From: a virus | Direction: 5' to 3' (one strand) | IMG/VR virus record: IMGVR_UViG_3300028827_000102 | Location: 1-64,000 of that record | Length of the DNA: 64,000 nt | Shown here: one piece after another, positions 1 through 8,985 of the stretch | Layout of the letters: each line of letters begins with the position of its first letter | Position numbering within the stretch: position 1 is the first letter of the stretch | Position numbers and translations under genes: made by a program | Notes under the pieces: model-generated | Told to the model about the DNA's origin: nothing | Databases searched by the model: none | What the model saw: only the letters and a program-made list of their open reading frames with translations

Positions 1-1
1 T

Positions 2-2566
2 AGATATCGCTCTTAGACTAGATGGATATGGTTCAAAAGGAGTGGCCGAGCTTTTGGTTGTCCAACACGGACTAGTGTAATAATCTAAATATGTGCCGGA
101 AGTTGGTTCCCCGTCTAACATTATACTTGCTGGCATATGTGTTACTATATGCGCACCATTAGGCGCATTAATAGTAAGTGTACCAGTCGCTTCGGTCCAT
201 GTGACCAGTGTACCGGAATAATCTGATCCAGTAGTAAAAGATTCGCAAACAGACATAAATTCTTTGGCGTCGGACCAAATTGTCCTAGTACCATCCGGAG
301 CGGCTAAACTAAAAGCAGCAGATCCTCCAGTTACATCAACCATATCAGATTGTAATATTCTACTACCAGCTACTTCTCCTCCTGTACCAGCTCCGGCCCA
401 TTTTTCTGCCATACGTGTACGTAGCTCACCTCTTAATAATTTGTTTATATCGTTTTCTAGTATATTATGTAAAGTACCTGGATCAACATCAACCATATGC
501 CGCAAATCTACCAAATCATCTGGGTGTATCACAGTAGCATCGGTTCGATCATCAGGACGACTAGATCCACTTCCGTTTGGATTAGTAGCATAATCCCACG
601 CTGTACTATTTCTGCGATGAATTAAAGCTATCGGAATGGCCCATTCGGTTTTTAGAATAGGTATACTTTCGTCATCATCGTAGTTAGTGTATTGTTTAGA
701 CCACAGACCTCCATCTAAGTATCTATCTGCCGTAGAAACACTTAAATCACCTTTGGACCAACCAGCCGATGTCATGGCATCGTGCTCGTCTAATTCGGTA
801 GCTGTAGAGCCCAGGGAATGAGCAACAAGTTCAAATACAGTATACGCTTTTTTTACTCCAAAACCAGCAAAAAAGTTTGTAATAGGTGTATGTACATCAC
901 TTATGTATCTTGTACTATTAGCATTGTCTGGATACAACACTTGTTTCATTTTAAGGTATACTAATATTCGTTCATAACCTGTTGATGGTGGTGTTCCCAA
1001 ATCTATTTCCCATAGACCTACCTTATCTTCTACACCGCGTATACGAACATGCAAGTACGATGAATTACTTAATGATAGTTTATTTGAAGATGTACCGGTT
1101 ATTTGGTAATCTAGACCACTTAAAAATCCACTAGGTTTGGTCTCTTTTGTTCTATTTAGATCTTGCTCGTTTTCTACTATATCTATAATATTTCTAGCAG
1201 TATTTCCAGTATCAGCTACTGGATATATTGGAAATACATATCGTTCGTCGTCTCTGAATTCTTTTATTCCATTACCGGTAGTATAGTCTTCAGTAGATGT
1301 ACGTTTTACCGCTAATATTGGTATTGCCCAGCTGATGCCGTCTTTTGCTGTTGTACTTGATGCGCCCCAAGTACGATACTCATAGCTGCTTGCTCCATAA
1401 GGAGATGTAAATGTATTTCCATCTATATTAGTTGCAGCTGGAGCTGCTACAGTATCATCGTATAATACTTGCGATGGGACATTTTCAATATAACTGAATC
1501 TATATTTTGTTACTACCCATTTATGGTCGTCCACCTGTATTTCATTTAAATCAAAGTTGTCCCCTCCTGTACCATCTTGCCAACCCATGGATTCAATCAG
1601 ATCCGATATTTGACTAATATTATAAGATAAACTTCCATCGGGATTACGTGGATAATTCCAGTTCTCGGGTACAGTTATCTCTTCTCGCCATACTTCCAAG
1701 AAAATAAGATCAAATCTTGTGCCAGAAGATGGAGCAGAAGGAAGTGTTATATTTCTAGCATATGTTTGTACATAATGTCCATTAACGATGGCTGAAAAAG
1801 AATCTATTCCTATTTGATTAGCTACAGTAGGAGTTTCAATTATACCAATTTGTAACGATGACGACAATCCTTTACTGCCTGTGTCCAATGAGCCTGCTAT
1901 TACACCAGAACCATTTTCTCTTCTATCGCGTTCCTCCGTTATAAGAACACGATTCATATTTTCTGTTTCGGTGTTATACGAACCTGTGGTAAATGGAGTC
2001 CAAGACGCACCATCCCACCAGTAAAATGTTTCATCAGCCTGAACAAAATAAATATCGCCCACTCTATTTTGTTTGGGCGTGTTAGGAGGCAAAGATGACG
2101 ATGATGCGATATTTCCGCGTATAAAAGACCTGTCTATTTGATCAATTTCATTACGGTCTAATAAACTAATATCGCTGTTTGATACAGATACAGACCCACT
2201 TGCCAGTGTTACAACACAAAATACTATTAAATAATCTTTTTCAGGGTCTGCATTGTATACGGACTGCTCTAACACTTCCCAGCTGAGCGTTGGTGTAGCA
2301 GGAGATCCGTAAGCATTATATTTTGCTCTTACTACTACATAATTCGTTTGTCCAGCTACTACAGCTAATGTTTGTGTTTCATCGTCTACAACGGTCATAC
2401 CGTCATAGCTTAATGCCATAAACGGAGAAACTGTAACAGTTAGTCCAGTACCAGGACTTACAGTACCACCGTAAAATATACCTTTGTTAGCCAGTCTATA
2501 TAGTCTATTATTAAGGCTAGAAGTACTGTCTGGGTGTTTCCAATAGAACGAAGCAGCGAGAGTCAT
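2..2566 (-). CDS. Large tail fibre / baseplate-associated structural protein, 3' end runs off the window (>855 aa)
   Basis: Absent from the ORF track because there is no stop in the window. Translated by hand from the ATG at 2566 (AGGAG RBS upstream): MTLAASFYWKHPDSTSSLNNRLYRLANKGIFYGGTV... Contains RFDLIFLEVWRE and WAIPIALIHRRNS motifs typical of phage fibre proteins, is S/T/G-rich, and follows the baseplate genes. Confidence 0.75.
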   Translation of the reverse strand, partial: MTLAASFYWKHPDSTSSLNNRLYRLANKGIFYGGTVSPGTGLTVTVSPFMALSYDGMTVVDDETQTLAVVAGQTNYVVVRAKYNAYGSPATPTLSWEVLEQSVYNADPEKDYLIVFCVVTLASGSVSVSNSDISLLDRNEIDQIDRSFIRGNIASSSSLPPNTPKQNRVGDIYFVQADETFYWWDGASWTPFTTGSYNTETENMNRVLITEERDRRENGSGVIAGSLDTGSKGLSSSLQIGIIETPTVANQIGIDSFSAIVNGHYVQTYARNITLPSAPSSGTRFDLIFLEVWREEITVPENWNYPRNPDGSLSYNISQISDLIESMGWQDGTGGDNFDLNEIQVDDHKWVVTKYRFSYIENVPSQVLYDDTVAAPAATNIDGNTFTSPYGASSYEYRTWGASSTTAKDGISWAIPILAVKRTSTEDYTTGNGIKEFRDDERYVFPIYPVADTGNTARNIIDIVENEQDLNRTKETKPSGFLSGLDYQITGTSSNKLSLSNSSYLHVRIRGVEDKVGLWEIDLGTPPSTGYERILVYLKMKQVLYPDNANSTRYISDVHTPITNFFAGFGVKKAYTVFELVAHSLGSTATELDEHDAMTSAGWSKGDLSVSTADRYLDGGLWSKQYTNYDDDESIPILKTEWAIPIALIHRRNSTAWDYATNPNGSGSSRPDDRTDATVIHPDDLVDLRHMVDVDPGTLHNILENDINKLLRGELRTRMAEKWAGAGTGGEVAGSRILQSDMVDVTGGSAAFSLAAPDGTRTIWSDAKEFMSVCESFTTGSDYSGTLVTWTEATGTLTINAPNGAHIVTHMPASIMLDGEPTSGTYLDYYTSPCWTTKSSATPFEPYPSSLRAIS

Positions 2567-2576
2567 GATGCCTCTC

Positions 2577-3035
2577 CTATAGACGCGGAGTCAGTTTAAA
2601 TGTGACCGGACCATCTGTAGCTGTTATTATTAATAAAGGTCTATTATAGATACCAAATAAAAACGTATCTCCAACAGAAGGTGCTGCTGGGGCACCTGAA
2701 GGACGAGATATTCCGGCATCTATTATTTCAGCAACCAGAGCTATTGAGCTTAAGCCGCCAGTATATTCACCTTGGTTTATAGTACACACAAAAGTTGGAC
2801 AGCTAATTGTTTGCCATTCTATATCGTCTATCGGCTCTGGTCCAAAGGTAGGTGGATCTCCTGGCATAACGGTAGCAGCTGGGTCTACTGCTAAAGCTGT
2901 AGTAGGATCGCTAGGATCATGACCTCCGTCTGATATTTGGAACCATTTTACAATAAAAGATGTTCCATACGCCCAACCTTGGGCAGTGTATTGTTTTGCA
3001 ATATTTGTAACTGATATTTGTGCTTCGTATGCCAT
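2577..3035 (-). CDS. Tail-collar / fibre attachment-like baseplate protein
   Basis: VTNIAKQYTAQG...FQISDGG and a C-terminal FLFGIYNRP resemble the tail-collar fibre N-terminal domain; it lies between wedge and fibre genes. Confidence 0.55.
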   Translation of the reverse strand: MAYEAQISVTNIAKQYTAQGWAYGTSFIVKWFQISDGGHDPSDPTTALAVDPAATVMPGDPPTFGPEPIDDIEWQTISCPTFVCTINQGEYTGGLSSIALVAEIIDAGISRPSGAPAAPSVGDTFLFGIYNRPLLIITATDGPVTFKLTPRL

Positions 3036-3044
3036 TTAGCACCT

Positions 3045-4631
3045 TTAAGAATGTAACCACACTTTATAAACATAAATATTAGAGTATGCTATAAACCCAC
3101 CTGTGACCGCTACCCGTATTATATAATAGTCTGGAAGTGTTGTTATTATTCCAGACATCAAATTAACCCTTGTACGGGTTGATATTCCTGAGCTAGTAGC
3201 TGACGCTTTAGCGGCCTGCCATGCGGATGTACTATTATTCCAATAATACATATCACTGGTACGTTGTATTGTTACCTCTACGGTACCAGCGCTTAGTTCT
3301 CCTTTATAGTCTATATCTAAGTTTAATGGTGTAGAGTCAATAGGATTGAAAATTGTTTCTATATAGGATAGTCCTGATACATCGTTTAATACTAATTTGC
3401 AACAATAGTCGCTTTGTCCGACAGTTATTTGTGGGACAGACAGATTAAATAATTTTACTATATCCGGATCGGTTGAATTTGCTTCAATGTTATTCGTCGA
3501 TGTATGTATATTTCTCCATCCACGAAACACTTTATTACGTTTTCGGTATATGTACCAACCAATATAATCTACAAATAATGTACATTCATTACTTGTTAAT
3601 GAACTGTCTCCTGTACCAAACAATAAATTTGAAGATGCACTCGTATCTGTATATTTAGAATAATCAGATTCTATAACAATATTTCCATCTATTGCCACAG
3701 ATACGCCATTGACAAAATTATTAGGATCAGCGTCAACTATTAAATGATAAATAAAATAATCAGACCAATCGTGCTGATATTTAACAATATAATCAGACGG
3801 GTTATTACGATCACCGGAAGAGTCGATAAGACCGATGTATTTATCTCCGCTGTCTAAAAATGCACACAATTTTACAGTATGTGCATTTGTACCTATTTCT
3901 AATAAAGTGGATATAAATGAAGTAGAAGACATTGATGTCTCAATTTTTAATCTACCCACCGCTTCGCGGACATAATCATCGCCAACATTTGGTACGTTTA
4001 TGTTGTAGTTTCTATATTGTGATGTTCCTGTATCACTGATAGTAAGTATGTCCGATGTTATGGTTGCTGAAGATGATCCGCTGGATGTCCACTGCAAGTC
4101 ACCCGATACAGCATCTGGCGTAACGTTCATTTCTAGCGAATCATATCTGTATTCTGAAGGCATCCAAACTGTTTCTAAGTATAATTTGCTTACATGAATG
4201 CCAGGAGATCCAGTATCGTCTCTGACAGAGACTCCTATGTCGCCTAAGCCGGATGGTTTAAATCTAGACGATGTAGATGGATCATAACGTACCCAAAGTT
4301 TAAAGTCTTTCCATATTCTGTTTGTCACGGTAGCAGTGTCTGTAACTATCGCAGAACCGCCTCTATACAAGCCATACGTTACTTGCACCGTACCGGTTGC
4401 TGCAGCCCTCATTCTAAGATGTACATAAAAACCGGCTATAAAATCAGGTATTGGTACCGCTATTGGATGACACACAAAATTGCTTATGTTTCCTGCAGTG
4501 GCTGATGTTATATAAGTGGTATCGTCCGAAGTGGATGCTACAGCTTCGTATGCAGTATTAGCAGATACAGTGGTCCATTGGGAGCTACTACCCGTTTGTA
4601 CAGGATCACTGATATGAAACAAATTTAACAT
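3045..4631 (-). CDS. Virion structural protein (beta-rich, possibly lectin-like receptor-binding domains)
   Basis: 528 aa, S/T/D/Y-rich beta-strand pattern, within the tail operon. Confidence 0.55.
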   Translation of the reverse strand: MLNLFHISDPVQTGSSSQWTTVSANTAYEAVASTSDDTTYITSATAGNISNFVCHPIAVPIPDFIAGFYVHLRMRAAATGTVQVTYGLYRGGSAIVTDTATVTNRIWKDFKLWVRYDPSTSSRFKPSGLGDIGVSVRDDTGSPGIHVSKLYLETVWMPSEYRYDSLEMNVTPDAVSGDLQWTSSGSSSATITSDILTISDTGTSQYRNYNINVPNVGDDYVREAVGRLKIETSMSSTSFISTLLEIGTNAHTVKLCAFLDSGDKYIGLIDSSGDRNNPSDYIVKYQHDWSDYFIYHLIVDADPNNFVNGVSVAIDGNIVIESDYSKYTDTSASSNLLFGTGDSSLTSNECTLFVDYIGWYIYRKRNKVFRGWRNIHTSTNNIEANSTDPDIVKLFNLSVPQITVGQSDYCCKLVLNDVSGLSYIETIFNPIDSTPLNLDIDYKGELSAGTVEVTIQRTSDMYYWNNSTSAWQAAKASATSSGISTRTRVNLMSGIITTLPDYYIIRVAVTGGFIAYSNIYVYKVWLHS

Positions 4632-4825
4632 TTATTATGTGATTTTGTACGCTGTGTGTACAATTTTAATATTGTACCAAGTCTAATTAAATCTTCTCTA
4701 CTAAAAGTTAATGCTATGTTATCTGCTTTGTCCACGTTTGCGGCAAAACCTAGTAAAGCACTTCCAAGTGCTTCTACTTTCTCTCGAAGTTGCTCATTTG
4801 TACTATGTTTTAAACTAAAATCCAT
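4625..4825 (-). CDS. Small hypothetical protein
   Basis: 66 aa, fills the gap in a co-oriented operon, AGGT RBS. Confidence 0.6.
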   Translation of the reverse strand: MDFSLKHSTNEQLREKVEALGSALLGFAANVDKADNIALTFSREDLIRLGTILKLYTQRTKSHNKC

Positions 4826-4831
4826 TTTTAC

Positions 4832-6487
4832 CTACAGAATAGAAAAATATGGGTTAAATAGTAAACCAGGATCGTCTCCCCCGAATACAGGATGATTGGG
4901 TGTAACGGAAGAAGTAATATCCTGGCTATTTACATCAGTACAAAAAGTCTTTGTATCAGGACCTTCTGTACAACAACTTAAATTTTCTGGTGATATAGCT
5001 ATTGGACTGGTATCAAAACAAGAACCCGTGTCCAATGCTTTAGAAGTGGACGCTCCTACCCAATAGTCTGTTAATTTATCAGCGTCGTACAAAGTGTCAA
5101 AACTTGCAAATGTTATGTGATCGTTATATTTTACCAATAATTCATTGCAGAAATTTAACAGCTCGCTTTCTCCTGCAGATGATGATATTGTAATATCTAG
5201 TGTATATGTGTCATCTATAGGATTGTGCATAGAAGAATCGGAAAGATGTTCAGCGTATTTTGTTTGTATTTCTAAACACGCTGTACGCAGAGTGACTATA
5301 TCATACGGAGAGGTGGACGTGATTTGGTGCGACCCGCCTGTACTATGATGCCAAGTAGACGTAGGATCATTATCATGTGCATTATATTTAGTTATGAAAT
5401 CAGATACAAGATCATAAGCAGTCTGTAAATCTATCGCTGGAAGTCTTAACAATCTATTTGTGTCATCGGCTGTGATGTGTCCTGATAAATCGAATGTTCC
5501 TATATCTAGAAATCTTCCACCTATACCCGGGTATTCTACAATGCTGTCTAGATTTCTACTCCAGTAGCAGAAAGATGAGCGGTTGGTAAATTCCATAAAA
5601 CCGCTCATAATCAAGTTATCCATACAACCTATAGATAATATATCATTTAAAGAACATCCATTACCAAATAAATCAAATACATGTTGTGTAGTAAATTCAC
5701 TTGTTATGTCGTGTACTAATACAACTGTTTCTGATAGGTTTTTAAAAGTGAAGTTTTTTAGATTGTTTATAAGTGTAACAAAAGATGCCCATCTAGATAT
5801 ACATAAATTTGGTAGCCATACATGTAAATCATATGTAAAAGTATCGTCAGATTGATTTACTGGTTGATATAAAATCGGTTGCCAGTCTTCTGGATTTCTA
5901 TATTCTTGTATAACAGGAGTAGAACAAGAAAAACCGGAAACGAAATTTATCGTGCCTCGTTCTCTACCAGCTTCGTTATACAACACATTGGTTTGTAGTT
6001 TTACTGCCAATGAACGTAATGTATGTATGTCAGGCAGTAAATCATGCCAAGGCGACAACCATTCAGCAATGAAAGAATTCCACGGAGATTTTAATAGATC
6101 GTAGTATTTTTCTACCGTTTTGCCAGCTACTTCATAGTGTTGAGTAGCTATAGTTTCCATATAAGTGGCTAAATATGTGGAAGCTATGGATAAATGTACA
6201 TCTGGATCTATACCATTCGTAACTTTTATATCATTTTTGTGTGGTGCAACAGCTAGTGGGATCTCTACGGTCTCTCTACCGGTCGGTACAACAGTTTTTA
6301 CAAGAACATTATTTATGTAGATATATACTGGTGCTTGTGTGTCTGTTATGAGGGTAAATTTAGCAGGTAAAGACGACCTTGCCACCATTTCCAGCGTCTT
6401 CAGATAAAAGCCACCGGATGGTATGTAATCTGTCATCTCCTCAAAATAGGGAGTATGCGGTTTTTGTTCTGGATAAAATTGTAGCAT
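4832..6487 (-). CDS. Baseplate wedge-associated protein with an inserted His-rich helical repeat domain
   Basis: 551 aa, directly downstream of baseplate J. Carries a three-fold KY..H.....H repeat also present in the 35253-35909 protein. Confidence 0.55.
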   Translation of the reverse strand: MLQFYPEQKPHTPYFEEMTDYIPSGGFYLKTLEMVARSSLPAKFTLITDTQAPVYIYINNVLVKTVVPTGRETVEIPLAVAPHKNDIKVTNGIDPDVHLSIASTYLATYMETIATQHYEVAGKTVEKYYDLLKSPWNSFIAEWLSPWHDLLPDIHTLRSLAVKLQTNVLYNEAGRERGTINFVSGFSCSTPVIQEYRNPEDWQPILYQPVNQSDDTFTYDLHVWLPNLCISRWASFVTLINNLKNFTFKNLSETVVLVHDITSEFTTQHVFDLFGNGCSLNDILSIGCMDNLIMSGFMEFTNRSSFCYWSRNLDSIVEYPGIGGRFLDIGTFDLSGHITADDTNRLLRLPAIDLQTAYDLVSDFITKYNAHDNDPTSTWHHSTGGSHQITSTSPYDIVTLRTACLEIQTKYAEHLSDSSMHNPIDDTYTLDITISSSAGESELLNFCNELLVKYNDHITFASFDTLYDADKLTDYWVGASTSKALDTGSCFDTSPIAISPENLSCCTEGPDTKTFCTDVNSQDITSSVTPNHPVFGGDDPGLLFNPYFSIL

Positions 6488-7921
6488 TTATTTTACCGAG
6501 AAAATAGAATTGATCGACAATGTAGGGTATTGTGTTACCCCGTCCAATGCGATCTCTTCTATGTCCAACCATGCTCTATCAGTACGCACGAATTTTGTCA
6601 AGCGAAAATGGGACAATCCGTCAATATTGGCTTCTATAGCCTGTTGATAATGATAAGGATCAAGTCTATCCACAAATAGCTGGACAGACGAAGACGGATT
6701 GTCAGGATCTCTTAGATAACCTGCAGTAAATGATTCTATTTCTGCTACAACGTCTTCTGGATTAATAGTCGATATTGCATATGCAGTAGCTTCTATAAAA
6801 ATATCTACTGTTTCTGCTAAACGCAACAATACATCTGCTCCAAATATACTCTCTTTCGCTTCTATTGCTTCCTGTCCTTCTTGAATCAGATCATAATATA
6901 GATATCTTATCTCATATGTTTGTGCTGGTTGCAATGGTGTCGATAAAGTTATTTTGTCTGTTGCTTTTGCGGATTCTTTCCAAGCTTCGTCCGTTTCTTT
7001 TTCTAGAGAAAACGGCACCTGTACCCCATCTACCAATACATATACAACTGACAACACTGGTTGCTTTTCCAGTTGTATATAAGTTTCGCCTCCATTGGCG
7101 ATGCCAGACTGAATAGCGTCTTTAGTAGAATCTGATATGATATATACATCATATCCCATCTTTTTTTCTAGTTTGTGTATACGTTTAAATACATCTAAAT
7201 CCGATGAACTAACAACACTTATATCATCAAACGCTACCGGGTTGATGTCTAAAAATGTTGTTATCATGTTACCTACTGTGCTTTGATTAAGACCCTGTTG
7301 CGCATTCCATATCAAATTTCTAAACTGGTACTTGTCTAAAGGATCTGTCCCCTGACGCATATAATCTTTATTGATTACACCATCCCAATCTTCTTGTGTG
7401 GTTTGTATAGTATTTATCACTCCAGGAGGAAGATTGAAATCATCTCCAACTGCTTCCGCTATAACCGAAACAGGTACCTCGTACCTCTTTTCTGTGGAAT
7501 TATAATAAGCAGAAGCATTATCTGATGACATCTCGGCGCTTTCTACCACCAAAAAATTGTACCTGCTGTCTGATGTACTGACAATATACCCATTCTCTAC
7601 TTTTTTTACTGTGCCCTCTTCGGGTGGTACGGTTGTATAAAAATATACTAGCCCACGCGCCGGAATACCTCTATTTGGATCTAGACCAAAGTTCAGTCCT
7701 AAAGAAAATATATCTTCATCATCGATACCATCAACATCATCCAGTCTATACAGTGTTTGTAAGTATGCTGCTTGTACTTCTGTTTGTGAGCCAACAACAG
7801 CAGCAGCATACATGAGCACGGCTGCTGCGCCTTTAGATATATCTAACGAAGGGTCTATATTGTTTATTGTGTCTGTAAGAGCTGTAAGATAGCTGTCTAC
7901 ATCTCGTGGTTTTGTTGACAT
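6488..7921 (-). CDS. Baseplate J-like wedge protein
   Basis: GIPARGLVYF...GYIVST...VIAEAVGDDFNLPPGVINTI...GTDP matches the Baseplate_J pattern (ARGxVxF, GxxxNxxxGxI, GxDxE). Confidence 0.88.
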   Translation of the reverse strand: MSTKPRDVDSYLTALTDTINNIDPSLDISKGAAAVLMYAAAVVGSQTEVQAAYLQTLYRLDDVDGIDDEDIFSLGLNFGLDPNRGIPARGLVYFYTTVPPEEGTVKKVENGYIVSTSDSRYNFLVVESAEMSSDNASAYYNSTEKRYEVPVSVIAEAVGDDFNLPPGVINTIQTTQEDWDGVINKDYMRQGTDPLDKYQFRNLIWNAQQGLNQSTVGNMITTFLDINPVAFDDISVVSSSDLDVFKRIHKLEKKMGYDVYIISDSTKDAIQSGIANGGETYIQLEKQPVLSVVYVLVDGVQVPFSLEKETDEAWKESAKATDKITLSTPLQPAQTYEIRYLYYDLIQEGQEAIEAKESIFGADVLLRLAETVDIFIEATAYAISTINPEDVVAEIESFTAGYLRDPDNPSSSVQLFVDRLDPYHYQQAIEANIDGLSHFRLTKFVRTDRAWLDIEEIALDGVTQYPTLSINSIFSVK

Positions 7922-7930
7922 TTTTGTCCT

Positions 7931-8416
7931 TTATAGCGGCACACCGATGCCAGTTATATGGTCACCATCAGGACTTAGAGATTGTGGTAGTTGCTGGCTA
8001 AGATCCAATGTGGCTTCTGATTTTACCTGTTCTTCTGATTCTGTTAGTAATGATACGTAAAATGCCCAGCTGAGGTCACCAACAGGAAATGCACGCAATG
8101 TAACTATATCATATATCATTTCGTCATCATCAACATAAGGATCTTCTTCTTGTGATATGATTACTCTTTCTATAGCATCATATACCATTGTTTCTATTTG
8201 TGTGGATATATCTCCTGCAGAATATGTAGATGGAGAACCAACCAGTCGATGAAACTCTGCACCAGTAGGATACCAAGGTGGATCTCCAGAATCGTATTCA
8301 TTCAGTAGTGTTTCAGCTACATCTTGTGTAACTTTTTCCAAACCGACTATCTCTACCGGACGTCCGGTAGAATCCATCAAAATATCACCACCAGCCATTT
8401 TTAGTGTTTTGGACAT
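7931..8416 (-). CDS. gp25/DUF2634-like baseplate wedge (sheath initiator) protein
   Basis: GDILMDSTGRPVEIVGLEKVTQDVAETLL...PTGAEFHRLVG is gp25-like and lies directly upstream of baseplate J. Start moved to the ATG at 8416 to avoid overlap. Confidence 0.72.
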   Translation of the reverse strand: MSKTLKMAGGDILMDSTGRPVEIVGLEKVTQDVAETLLNEYDSGDPPWYPTGAEFHRLVGSPSTYSAGDISTQIETMVYDAIERVIISQEEDPYVDDDEMIYDIVTLRAFPVGDLSWAFYVSLLTESEEQVKSEATLDLSQQLPQSLSPDGDHITGIGVPL

Positions 8417-8418
8417 AT

Positions 8419-8961
8419 TTACACCAGATACGTAGATAGTACACGTTTCCAACTGCGCCACTCTTTTCGTTGCTCATCAGATATTTCTGCTTTATACCTA
8501 TCTTCGGCTTTTTCGTACATTTTAACCGCCAGTACAGTTTCATCGTACCTATTTAGTAACGATTTAAGTCCAGAGGACAGGGACTCAAGAAGCGGAGACA
8601 CTCCTTCAGATAAATCTGAGATATTCGGTTCATCGGTGGTACCTTTAAACGTTGTCAAACCTTGTTTGAAGTCTTCATACATATCTACCATTGTACCCAA
8701 CTCTGTTTTCCGGTTTGCCAGGTTTCCGCGTTGTTTGGTTGCCGCAAGTTTTATCAAAGTATCTCTATCAGTTGTTTCCGGTGAAAATTCTAATAGAGCG
8801 TCTATGTAATCAATAGCCTGCCGTTTGCTATCAGAAGACGCCAAAATTAAAGCATCTTCGGTAGCGGAACCAAGCGGCTCAGAGTTACCGGTTTTTCTGT
8901 TATACAAATTAGGCGGATTTTTTCGTCTATGTTTTGCTAATAAAGCAAGTATATCAGACAT
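8419..8961 (-). CDS. Hypothetical helical protein in the baseplate operon
   Basis: 180-aa ORF with GAGGA RBS, co-oriented. Confidence 0.65.
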   Translation of the reverse strand: MSDILALLAKHRRKNPPNLYNRKTGNSEPLGSATEDALILASSDSKRQAIDYIDALLEFSPETTDRDTLIKLAATKQRGNLANRKTELGTMVDMYEDFKQGLTTFKGTTDEPNISDLSEGVSPLLESLSSGLKSLLNRYDETVLAVKMYEKAEDRYKAEISDEQRKEWRSWKRVLSTYLV

Positions 8962-8985
8962 GTTTCCTCATTAAAGGTTAATGAC

